Positions 22,177 through 34,106 of a DNA stretch of 64,000 nucleotides are shown piece by piece; position 1 is the first letter of the stretch, and every line of letters begins with the position of its first letter. Position numbers and translations under genes: made by a program. The DNA comes from Klebsormidium nitens (taxonomy: Eukaryota; Plantae; Klebsormidiophyceae). The notes under the pieces were generated by a model. It did not search any database. It saw only the letters and a list, made by a program, of their open reading frames with translations, and was not told the DNA's origin. Location of the stretch: positions 1-64,000 of the forward strand of contig DF237102.1 in assembly GCA_000708835.1 (NCBI GenBank). Direction: 5' to 3'.

Positions 22177-22850
22177 CCTGTTCCTCCTGGGAATGCCGAC
22201 CTGGACAAGCTTGTGAACCCAACACTGCGCAGGCTTCACACATTTACTAGTATTGAATCTTCACATCAGCACATCCAATCAGAAGCTCGCTGACATTCAA
22301 CGTGCTTCGCTATCATACCTACACAGCAAGCGCCTCAGCTGATTTGCCCTGCCAGCTGAGCCCTCCTACTGGCTGCAGCAGAAGTGTTGGCAGAATTGTC
22401 AAGGCAACCCCCTGTGAATCCAGGTACAACTTCAAGGGCGCTTGTTCAATGTTGACTCACTGGGGAGTCAGCATGGACTTGGCAGGAGTCTGGCGGTTTT
22501 GGATCGTGATTTGCGCCAGTAGGACACGTTGGCTGCCATTCATTGGCGGAATCTGTTCATGTGTTCTCCTTGCTGTACCTGATTGGCAGAGACTCCCGAG
22601 CCCTCCCGCCAATTTGACGCTCGCTATGTCGTCCGATGCCATGGTCGATCTCAGATCGACGTTGCATCTTTCAAGTTTTCATAAACATCGTCACATCAAG
22701 ACGGTTGTACGCCGTTGGATGAGCATCTGCAAGTGCCGCGTGCCTCATGTGCATTCGTCGATCGCGCGCGCACAAGCTGCCGGCACGCGCTGCGCGGCCG
22801 CGCTGTATGCGTCGGAACGCGCGCGCGAGAACACTCTCGCGGCCGCGCCG

Positions 22851-22955
22851 CGGAATTTCGCCACACTGGCGAAATTCCGTCCTGAGACACTAAATGGCGA
22901 AAATGCGGCGAAAATATAAATGGCGAAATTATTTAGTTTCGCCACGAACAATCTA
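22851..22955 (-). repeat. hAT 5' end: 13-bp perfect hairpin plus GGCGAAA subterminal repeats and probable TIR ending at 22955
   Basis: CGGAATTTCGCCA-CAC-TGGCGAAATTCCG (22851-22879), several further GGCGAAA/TTTCGCC copies, and terminus ...TTTCGCCACGAACAATCTA (reads TAGATTG... on the minus strand). Confidence 0.65.
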
Positions 22956-23160
22956 GCCTCTGAGTCTAGGGGAGGCTGAGCCTGAGCAGCCTCTAGGTAG
23001 ACCTGACCACTTTTTAGCTAAATTGTTTCTTTCAGCAAAAGTTTGGAGTGGTGGCGCACCTGCAAATCCAAGTGACGTTCTTCTTGGAAGCCTGGGCTAG
23101 GAAAGCTTTTCCTTCGAAAGTTTGAATCGTTGCGCCTTGGACTGTGCTTTGAATTTCACC

Positions 23161-26100
23161 ATGTACGGGTCATTCGGTCAGAAAGGGCCTCAGTCGGGAT
23201 ACTCAGACGTGCAACGAAGTACGGGTGCCGGGAAGGGCTTCGCATGGGGCCGCACAAGGGGTTACGATGAGGAAGCGGGAACCTCTCTCTATCCGGGGTT
23301 GGAAGGAGCAGATGCAGAGATGCGCTGGGGCTTCATTAGAAAGGTAGAGCAGGAAAGTCGCAGCATTGTGTTCAAGCTTTTCAAGGTGCAAGTGAGATTG
23401 GTCTGTGCTTTATAAGAGCATCTTATTGGCTTGTACAGACGCAGGTGGACTTCGGCCTCTCGGCATAAAGGCCTGGAATCTTTTATTCTCTCGAATCATA
23501 TGCCACTGTGTTTAGGAGTCGTCACAGCACTCGGCGACGCCCTCCAAACAAGTTCCTGGAAGTGTCCAGAAAGATACAAAGATGTCATGAAGCTTTCTGT
23601 CAGCTTCCTCACCATGAAAGGTTGCTCCTGAGGAAGTTGGATGCATGCACTTTCAGTGCCATGCTGTTTCGTTACTGCTGCGGGGAGTTGCAGCCCTGTT
23701 GTTCTACCAAAAAGCAACGATCATTGGACTGAGCTGTCAAACCCCCCACAGCAATTTAACACTGCGAAAAGTACCTGGTGGAGTTCTGCCCACACCACCC
23801 AGAAATGAAAAATACTGGCTGACCACCCAGAACTGAAAAATAATGACTGAGTGTCAAGAGACTCCTCCGCTCCACGTGGTTTCCTGAAAATGACTATCAG
23901 AAAGTCCTACCACAGGTTCCTCTCATTTCTATCTACGGACAATACGTAAACACCTGTGCACAACCCAAAGGGTGGATGCCCTTCTCTTCATATTAGGACT
24001 TCGCTGAGCGAGTGCTACCTTATGTGGCTTCATTCCTCAACCAAGATACCAGTACTTGGACACATGCTCACCATTTCAGGCGTTCACTTCCAACGGTCTG
24101 ATCACAGGCTCCTTCAAATTACAAGACCCCTCACTTGTCTCTGCTATCATTCTGCACCTCGAACAAGGATTTCACCGTTGTCCCCGTTTCTCGTCAGGTG
24201 TACGGCATCCTGACGTTCCAGATACTGTTAACGCTAGTTACTGTGGGCACAGTAGTGGCCGTCCCTACGCTGCGAGACTTCATCGTCAACACTCCTGGCC
24301 TCTACCTCGTTCTCGCAATCAGCCCCATCATTCGTGAGTTGCATTCGCTTTTTCCACTCTATTATAACATTCGGTCTCTCCACGTTTCTTTGAGAAGGCA
24401 TTGTGCCAAGAGCAAACCTTTCCTTGTAGTTGCCGAGAGGTCCAGATGAGAATTTGGCGCCATGAAGTGTGTCTGACAAAGTAGATTGGTACTTTTCAGG
24501 ATAAAGGGTCGTCTCCTTGAAGCTATCAAATATCAAGACCAGGTCCCCCTTCTTTGAAGGCAGGGGGCCAAAATTCTAGGCAACTAAGAAAAATTACACG
24601 GCATGCCTTATGTAATTATCTAGATTGCATCCTTCGTTCTTAGAAACTGTTTACTAGTTTGGCTCGTGTTCATGCTTGAAGCATAAAGACGGGTCTATCG
24701 CAATGACGGTGCAAAATGTAAACACGAGTGGTTGGAAGGAAAACTTTCCGTGAATCAGAACGTGGAACGAAAAGAAGATGCTGACAAGACGCTCATGCTG
24801 CTTTCTTTGTTGTGCAGTGATCTTTCCCCTGGCCTGCTATAGTCAAAGCCACCCACTGAATTTAGTCCTCTTGGCGGTCTACACGATCGCTCTCAGCCTT
24901 TCGGTTGGGGTCATAGCATCATTCACGGCTGGTAAGTCGATTTGGGCTCACTTGACCTTGCGACTTCCGTTCTGCTCTTTTCTTAGTCTTATGTGGTCTT
25001 ACATTCCGCTCCCCATCTCAGTTGATGCGAATGTTTTAAAAAGGCTAATCTTTCAGCGATCTGTGTCGTTGTGCCAGTTGTCTTTCGTAACCCAACAAGC
25101 TGCCACAACACGGACAGGCTTCGTATCATCGCCATCGGTTTTCATTGTGGACATGGTTCTTGCTGCGATCATCTGAGCCCGTTCGGTGAGCCACCTACTG
25201 GTGCTGACGATGCTGACGTCATTCTCCGCAGCCCCCATCGTGTTCGAGGCCCTCCTGCTGACATTCATAGTGGTCGCGTCGCTTACGGCGTACACTTTCT
25301 ACGCCGTCCGACAAGGCGCCGACTTCTCGTATCTGGGGCCGATTCTGTGGGTGTCGGTGCTCGTTCTCATCGGATGGGGCTTCCTCCAAGTAAGCAGTTC
25401 TTCTCATCTATATTATCTCTCAGTGTTTTTAACATTTTCTCTGTGAAGGCTTTTGCTTTGAAGGAAGGCCGATACCCTGTTCCTGGGGTCGAGACTGTGG
25501 GTGTCGCTCCACTCGTTCTCATCGGATGAGCTTCTCCGCGATCAGATTTTACTCTCTTCGTCGATTTACCCTCAAGCCTTTCCTTTGGATGGGCTTCCTC
25601 CAAGCGGGAATCTCCTCCACTTTCCCGTGAGTGCCTTCTCTGCGCCTTGGTTCAGTGAAGGAGGCCAATATGTTGTCTCTGTGGTTGTCGCTGCTCCTTT
25701 CACGGGATGGGGCTCTCGCCTAAGCTAGCCACTCACTTCTCTGCTCTTCTCCCCACTTACTCTAAACAAATTCGATGTAAGGCCGATTTTTTGTGTTATG
25801 TCGTTGGCTGTCAAGAATCGGAGAGGCGTTCCGCCCTTGTCCTAGTCCATTTCAGTTCGTCATTTCTTGTGCCGAATGCAAGAGCGTTTGAAGGGATTTC
25901 AATGACCAAGAAATTATCTAATCTGGGACGTTTTTGTCTGACTTCCTTCTTTGTGTACCTCTCCAGCATCTGCTATTCTACTTTTTTGTAGAGAGCACGA
26001 AGGATGTTACGTCTTCCCCACGAGACAGCGTCGTTCGGTTGCTCACATTCGAACAGCTCGTAACATCATGCAACCAGACTGGACCATTGTCCAAGCTCGC

Positions 26101-27268
26101 AATCAGAGTTTCTGTACCGCGGTTGGAACCAGGCTTTTTTTTGCGAGTGCTTTTCTCTGTACTTTTGGCACACTAGATTGCTTTGTCGACCAATGTTCGC
26201 CAAACGCCTGAGTCTGCAGATCTGGCCCGGATCATGTACGGTTCGATCAAGGGTCTCAGATTGTTCCAATCGAATCGCTAAGTCTCACTAAACGTCGATT
26301 CTGGCCGCAGATCTTCTTCCCGATGGGCCACGTGTCGCGGACGATTTACGCCGCCCTGGGGGCGCTCGTCTTTAGCGTCTACATCGTCTATGTAAGTATC
26401 ACCTTTTCGTCAAGGTTTCCAGTCTGTCAGTTCTCGCTGTCCACCAAACAAGAAAAGGCATTTCGTTTCAGACACGTCAGACCAATTCCGCAGGGGTTAG
26501 TCGAGAAACTTCTTCTTATCAATATAATCCGGAACCTGTCGACGGGCCTTCGGTGCCTTGAAACCTAGCCGTCGTCCAATGGCCGGTTGTTGCATCAGGA
26601 CATTGCTGAAGATCGTTTCTCTCTTTCCTCGAAAGGCATCAATTCCGGTATGAGGGATTCAAGTTCACGACGCGTGCAAATGAAAAGTAGGAGAAGCCGT
26701 CTTTCACTGGGTCATTTCTGCTTCTCTGATCCTTAAGCGAACGTCTGATTGGGGAGCAATCAAGCCAAGAGGGAGTCCCTCGATGCAGAACCGGTGGCGT
26801 CGATGATTGTGCCCAATCAAATCAAGCCTTACGTGGAGAAGGGCGGACAATATTTTTGCTGCGCCGAAGCCCCACTTACAGCGGTTCACTGTCCGGTCTC
26901 GCTTAGGGGCCACCTTTCTGCTGCTTACTTTTACTATTCACCCCCCTCGGTCCATGCCCCCCGTCAGACGTAGCCGAGTGTCAAGACTCGGGAGTTTGCA
27001 AAGTGGCTCCACGTTTCGTCTGAGATTGTGACTTTGATAACATTCTCCGTGTTAAACCTGCGAGGCTCGTCACGGAACTGGGTTGCTCTGGTAATTGCCT
27101 AAATTTGGTTGTGAAAACTCTTTTCGTTGTGCTTTGCAGGACACGGAGAATCTGATTAAGCGGCATTCGTACGACGAGTACATCTGGGCGTCCGTTATGC
27201 TGTACATAGACGTACTCAACCTGTTCATCAACCTGCTCTCGCTTCTGCGAGAAACGCAAGACAACTAG
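23161..27268 (+). CDS. Bax inhibitor-1 family membrane protein (LFG/TMBIM4-like, BI1-like), 266 aa; exons 23161-23343, 24198-24333, 24818-24931, 25232-25389, 26311-26391, 27140-27268
   Basis: Family signatures MRWGFIRK|VYGIL, HPLNLVLL, DFSYLGP, YAALGALVFSVYIVY|DT, YDEYIWASVMLYIDVLNLF. Canonical GT-AG sites; exon sum 801 nt. Confidence 0.95.
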
Positions 27269-28536
27269 TATGGTCGCGGTTTTCATTTTTGGCTCGTAGG
27301 GAGCTTTGTACATCAACCTTATCACTTGTAGCGTACTGGGCAGCCGTTCTTGGACTCACTCGTACAATGAGAATATTATATGAATCGGTCGAACCTAACA
27401 ACATTGCTCTACTAATCTTGCATAAGCCGACTGAGCGTTCCCTTGTGATGGCTCTTGAGAAGAGTTTGAAGAGTACTGAACCCTCGAAAGAAGGACCAAA
27501 ATTTGACGGCGGCCTGTCTCTCATATGTCAAGGTGTTCTTGACGATACTGAATGCGCAACCAAGCTAGTGGTCCTCGTGGTCCGAAAGCTCCTTTGTCAA
27601 CTTCGAGTACAACAGTTGTTGCCATGTTGAATGTGTCTGATAGAGGTCCTGTATTGCAGCGCACTGCATGCATGCTCAAAAATAATCATGCAGAAGAACA
27701 CGTATATACGATTGGTAACAAGCTAGTCGGCGTTTGGAAAAACCATTTGATCATTGACCGTCGGACGTACCGCAATATTTGGCCATACGTTGCATGTAGG
27801 CCTTCAAGCGGCTGCGCAGTTTATGTAGAGAGTGATGGCTGAATTAAGCATGAGGCTCCGACTACTTGCTTATATAGAATTTATGGACACGTCGCGCGTG
27901 CATGTGCCTCTTTTAACATATTAAGGATCATGTATTGCATCCACCAACCGGAACATAGATGAATGTCGGATTTAGGAGCCGCGGCCGACTCACTGCAGCA
28001 AGCCGGTTCGCGCGTGTGCGGCTAGGCCGCCGGGCGTATTAGACGTTCTTCCGCTGCACATATGCAAATAACCACGCGCCATAATTTAAATGGTCTAACT
28101 GCACATATGTGTCCGATCTAGCAAAAGGAATGACTACCTCTCTTTCGCACGTTGGTGTGCATAGCTTCCTATCACGCACTGCATCATTCGATCTATCCGA
28201 GTCATTGATATGTATACACGTGATGCAAGCTGCCAATCTAAGCAGGAAAGTTGTACCGTAGTCGCAACTGAGGAGACAATCGACCAACACGTGTCCTAAA
28301 AGGACAGGCACCATGACGTACACAGTCGTTTCATTGTACCAGATCTGGGTTCCGGCCGCCCGCGGCCGGCCCAACTCTAGAACTCTCTCAAAACTCTAGC
28401 TCAGCTTGAGTCGCGGGCTCGCGTTTTCACACCTATATACTCAGGCCCCTTCAAAACCGTGGCTGTACCTGAAACCAACTTTAGCAACTCGACGACGCGC
28501 TAGCTTTGCTGTTGCTAGCTGCGCGTTGATTCTAGT

Positions 28537-31500
28537 TCAGAGTCTCCGCTGGTTGGGAAACGGCACTTGCAGCATGAAGAAGTGTTCGAGCGCGTATCGA
28601 ACCGTTTTTGCAAGCTCTTCTACCGGCACTCTAAACGGATAGTTCTTGACCATCTGGTTGCACGTGCCGTCATGCGAGTGGTCTATCGAATGCAAGCCTT
28701 GACACCTTGCAACTTCTTCAGGGGTGAAATCAGCCCCGACTTGCGGATGTGTGTAATTGACGGCTTCGACGCCGAAGTAGATCAAGTTTCGTACGGCCGC
28801 CATGTTCCGGTACTCCGTTTGGACGCACTTGTTGGGGAACAGCTCGATGACCGCCGCGTTTTCGGGTAACCACGCGAGGTTAGCCAAACCACCTCCGTGC
28901 GGGGCGATGAGGATTCCCGTTTGCGACATGGTCAGAACCTGCCACATGAAGAAAAACAAGGATTTTGGGACCGCTTTGTTGCTCCAACGTGCAAACTCGC
29001 CCTCCCCTGCCCTCAACTGGAACTTTCGTGGTCTGAGAGAATCCAAGCAAAGCAGCGTTCTTCTCTCAGAAAGTACTCAGGGGTTCTGAAAAACTGCTTG
29101 AAACAGAGAGTGACTAAAGAAGGTGTTTTTGGCAGAGTTCCAAGTACTTTCTCGATCGCTGTGATCAAAACTGCCCACATGAGTTTCGTAAGGATGCCTC
29201 CAAAAGGCGGGTGAACTGAATGTACTCAAGCCAACCGCAAACGGCACCCCTTGAGAACGTTCGAACTTCGTTACAGCAGCTGGACCCGCTCTATAAACAC
29301 TCCCGCTTTTCGCTTTGATTCAGGCAAACGCTTCTTACAGGAATATGAATCAACGGACGAAAGATTTTCAAAACTGCTCCAATGGTAACCAGCTAACCCT
29401 CCTTACCTGCTCCCGGAAACTCCGCGACTGCCTCGCTACCTCCTGAACCAGGTCAACCTCCAAACCCAGTTTTCGGAGCGCCTCCGTAACCTCGTCCGCG
29501 TTTTCCACGTGCCGCGGGAATCCTGACGGGCGGTTAACCAGCGTAACCCGCGTCCAGTTCGCGCGGTCAACATGCGGAATCTTTAGGTGTTCGTAAGCCC
29601 GCGCCCTTAGCTCTGCGGCGTCTAGAGGTCCCGTCGACCAGGAGGGCTTGTAGCTCGTGATCCCGCCGCGCTCGGCGCAGAGTAATCTGGATCAGAGTTG
29701 AACAAGCGGTGGTTAATGGGTGGAGTTATACTTAGCAATTTAAAAACGGGGTTTTCAGAATTGTGGCAGAACGCGAGGATTCGTTGGACATCGGCGCATG
29801 GCTTAGACAAAGGAGAGAGCTGTCAGCAATGAGTATCAGCCACCTGATTTCATTGAAGAGCTAAGCAGGCACACTCCTGGAACAAAAATTGCAGGATTGA
29901 GAAGACGGAAGCAGGGTTTGGGAAAAAGAAGTCTTCATGCGGCCGTATGAGCCCTCGCCGTCGTCTGCAGAACGTTGCAGGAAAACGGAGCAGAACGAAG
30001 GGGCACCTACCTGTTTTTGTGCGGGAGGTCTTTCGTGAACACCAGCTTTGTCTGCGGCTGAGAAACGATCTTCAACATGCCGAGATTGTAGTCCGTGTAT
30101 CCCGAAGTACCGGCCGTTCGATTGAGCACGAGGACGTGATCCAACGGCGGAAACGCTCCCGAAGCATTCCGCATCTGAGCCTGCGGAGCGAGAGTCGGGG
30201 TCCTCAGCTTCCCTCAGCAGAATGGGCAGAACACATGCCCGTCTTCGTGAGCCAGCGCCCAGAATTTTACGTCGTTGGTTACCGAAAGTCCACCCGTGTT
30301 TAAAAATTCAAGCATCGTATCACGCTCTGCAAATGCGACTCCGCAAACCTTCGATCATCGTCCTTGTTCGCCTACAAGTAATCTCCTGATACGACAAACA
30401 CACAAAGACGTCGAGATTGCATAATTTGCTCAAAGCGGGAGGCTTTGAAAGTCGGGTCTAGTCGCCGATCAGCTTGAACGGTTTCGCAAACGCGGAGGTT
30501 TCATCCGATGGTTTGCCCAAGGAAAGCGTACGACATGTTTCTCGGAGGACGCCTCCCTGCAGAAGGCTCGTTAAGGACGTCCGGACTGTTTCACTTATGG
30601 TTCTCGAAACGGAACAGGACCGGAAAGGGACAAAACAAAACGGATTCGACCTCGGAAGCAATTACCGAGACGCCATACCTGCAGAAGGCCCGTAAACGAC
30701 AGTCCATTGTGCCAGATGTGATTCGTGGTGTCCGTTTCCGGACGTACGAACCACAGCCCACCGTCCAAAAAGGTCGCGTTCGCAAGAACGTCCGCGCTCT
30801 CCCAGACGCCCTCGATCTTGTTGTTGATGGGCAGCGGCCACTTGGAGTCCGGGGGGAGCCTGCGCGCAAGACCCTGACGTCAGCAGTGTGCTGACGTGGT
30901 AGAACAACGTCCCCCCAAACCATGGTAAACATGGGAACGCGTCTCTTATTAAATGTGAATGTGTCTGCCTCTTAGAATACTGGGGATACGCTTGCACTGA
31001 GACTGTTGGGGGAAGGATTCAGGACAGGAGTTACAATATCTCATCGTGTCAGTGAGATCGTTCTAAGTTCCTTCTGGCTCGCGAGCAAGCCCAAGAAGTA
31101 TCATGCACTTTAAGGAAAGGTGTCCGGAATTTTGTCGAGTATAGAGGTGAAACGTTGGCCTTTCTACGTACAAATCTTGCTTTCCCAGATTAAGGACAAT
31201 CAAGGTGTGACAAAAGTCTGCATACACCAAAAAAATACACCATAACTCCAAGCATGTACGAGTGCATAGATCTCAGCGTCTTGTTCTCAGTTTGCGCTAC
31301 CGTAGGTACTGTCAAACCTGGCCGCTCGATGTAACCTCGATCTCAATCATTCCAGAAACTTGGGCCGTTAGATTGCCTATAACAAATAATGGGATGCCTA
31401 CCTAGATTCTGTGACCAGCCTAGATCGAGTTTCGGTGAGGCTGCCTGGTTTGACAGAAGGTGCGGTACTGAACTTCCCTTCACCCTGACACAGAAGTTAG

Positions 31501-32354
31501 AGTTGCGCACAGTTCCCTCACCTCCCTTGCGTCCAGCGCCCGTCCTGAAAAATGATTTCCGACGCAAACGCTTCCCCCTTCCGATCATCGTCCACTAGCA
31601 CCAGCTTCCCCCGCTCTCCATCGTAACACACCACTTCTCCGTAGTGACAGACATCCGACCCATCCGCATCTCTGACGCATTCTGCGGTGCTTTTTGGACT
31701 GTCCCAAACCATTGAGCCTTCGTCCCACAAACCTGCTCTTCCCAAAAGACTCGACTTTTGTGTCGTTTCAGTGTTTTCATCTTGACGAGACAGGCCGGGA
31801 AAGGCTAAACGGCCCTTGGCGCTTGGACTTCCTTCCCCCTTCTCATGTTGAATGACGCCCGCCTCCAGGGATCCCTCAGCAGAAACCTCGGCTCCCTTCT
31901 TCGCTCTGAGTGACTCCACTGCGGCCCCTGCAACTTTTCTAAACAAATCCTTTGTTCCAAGCTCCGCTTCATTCCCGTTCCCAGCCGTCCTCTGTCTCTG
32001 CCAACCGGCCAGCCCGCTTGAAAGAACCAAAGTATCAGCTGAGCGTGGTCGCTTCACAGCCGCTCTTCTCATAACAACTTTCGACTCCATCTCATCTATT
32101 TTCAACCGGTCGAGAAGGGCCGACACCCGCGAGTACTGCTCGCCGTTTGCGCTGAAATCCCCAAACTTTCTGGAGGGGCGGCCCCTGGCTAGTGAGCGAT
32201 TGACAGCTGTCCTCATTGGCGAGATGACGTCCTGCTTTGAGCTCAAAAGGTAGGCGCACAAGAAGAGAACTAGAATGGACGCAACCCCAAAGACCTGCGT
32301 TCGGACAAACCTTTTCAAGCTCCATTGTGGGACCTCTAATTTTTGTGAACTCAT
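28537..32354 (-). CDS. Glycosyltransferase family 61 (type II Golgi/ER membrane protein), 621 aa; exons 32354-31522, 30859-30679, 30180-30011, 29686-29407, 28938-28537
   Basis: N-terminal TM helix and stem, then NHIWH, R-HVENADEV..AL..LG, SFREQ|V...GILIAPHGGGLANLAWLP..AVIELFP. Phases are consistent; exon sum 1866 nt. Confidence 0.9.
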
Positions 32355-34106
32355 CTTTTCTGGTCAATTCTGCCCGCCAGATTGGACTGGGCAAAAAGCT
32401 GGTCACCGCCTAACCCGTCTGCTTAACCTGGAGGTGGACTCCTTGAGCTGGTAACTGCATCAATGTAGCGGTGGGTTCTGTCCAGGTATTGAGTTTGTGG
32501 GGCTTTAATCAGCTGGGCTGCATGCGCACTGGTCTGTGAAACAAACCAATGGCCGATTTTTCAAGTGCTGCTACTCTCCTTTTCCCCCCGCTACAGCAAC
32601 TGACTGGCCACTTACGTCAAAGAGAGTACCACCTTAGCTGGCAGCTGCAGCTCTCTAAGCGTGGGCCCGAGCTGCCTGCGCTGCATACCTAGCTTTTCAC
32701 TTGCATCTGCAACAACTTCTTTTTGAAAGACCAGCCCCAAAAGCTAAAGCATTGAACTCGCAGCGAGTGAACTCCAAACCTGCGTAAACAGATTGCAGCT
32801 GCAAACGGGCAAGCTTTTTTTGAGCTCGTTACGAGATTAAGAGCGTCAAGTGAGATAATTGAGGAAAGGGATTGCAATAGCCTGGCCCTTTGTCTTGGGC
32901 CCTCTTGCGAAGCAATGGCGCTGTTCTGTTCACAAGTGATTCAAGATGGAGCTCAGACCCAGAGAGCAAATGATGTCAACACCACCATCGACAATCAAAT
33001 TGAATGCTTCTTGATGGATGATGAAGAGCGAAGCCGCAACTTGCCCAAGCCCTGGGCACAGGAACATTGGAATTCCACCGTCACACCTATGACGCAAGGC
33101 CCGTTGGGCCTGGCAGTTATACGCGCGCATTTTGGATAGTACGGTGCGCGCGCACGTTCTTGTTGGATTCTCCATCATTGAGCTCGGTTTCGTATGAACT
33201 TTGAAGCACACACTGCATGCACCGCGCGAACTTGAAAGTCTGGGTAGTACTACTACCTACCGTATTCGTAAGTACACCTCTGCTGCACTGGCAGGTGTCT
33301 ACTGTAACTTTCTTAATTTGCTGTGGCAGCTTGTGCCCCGATGAACCCTGTCGTGGAGACGACGTGTCAAAAAGACGTGTGCTGGTCCCTGGGCGTTATA
33401 CAACTTCTCATTGATCTTGCACGGCGTGATTATGCACTCAGGATCACTGATCTCATCTTGCGGATAAATTCAGAAATGGATTTGCCCCAAGATGCTCGGA
33501 ACGTCGCATAAGCGGGGCCTGCCAATCATTGAACACACTCTGTCACTTCAAACACTGGCCTTTGTATTCTCAGCTGCTGTCTTTTGCTTTCCCACAGCAC
33601 AGCGACTGACTACTGATCGCTAGAAATCTATCAAAAACAATGCCGTATTCTAAGAGGACTGGAGCGTAAATGACTGGGCACGCATCTTCGAGCGCTAGCA
33701 GTGATGTTCATTTTTACTTTGTAGTGCCAGCATTGCGTGGTTCCAAAACGAAGCTGGCGCGATCAGACAGCACCAAAGGTAGCTTCCGGCGTTAAGTCCG
33801 ACCTGAAATGTGGAAGTTGCTTGGATCGCTAGGGGGATCGTCGCTTGTCTGGTGGGACCCTGCACTGCGTGCACGGGAGGGGAATTTGTAGACGCTTCAC
33901 GTTTTGGCTACGGGTGAAGTTGGGGTGTGAAAGATTCCTGAAAGCAGCACGTGTGCGCTGATCGGTGTAAGGTTTGTTCTTAACTAGGACTAGCCTAAGT
34001 CCGGTGGTTGGTTGTGAGAGGGAATGCACCGCAGAGGAGGACGAATTGGCTTTAGTTAAAACTGCGAAGGATCGCATGCGGGAGATTCTTCGGCGAGCGT
34101 TTCGAA

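Noticed and set aside
28345-28385. GC hairpin followed by CTAG, resembling a Helitron 3' end
   Set aside because: The next base is A rather than T, no 5' TC end or Rep/helicase was found, and a single short hairpin is weak evidence.
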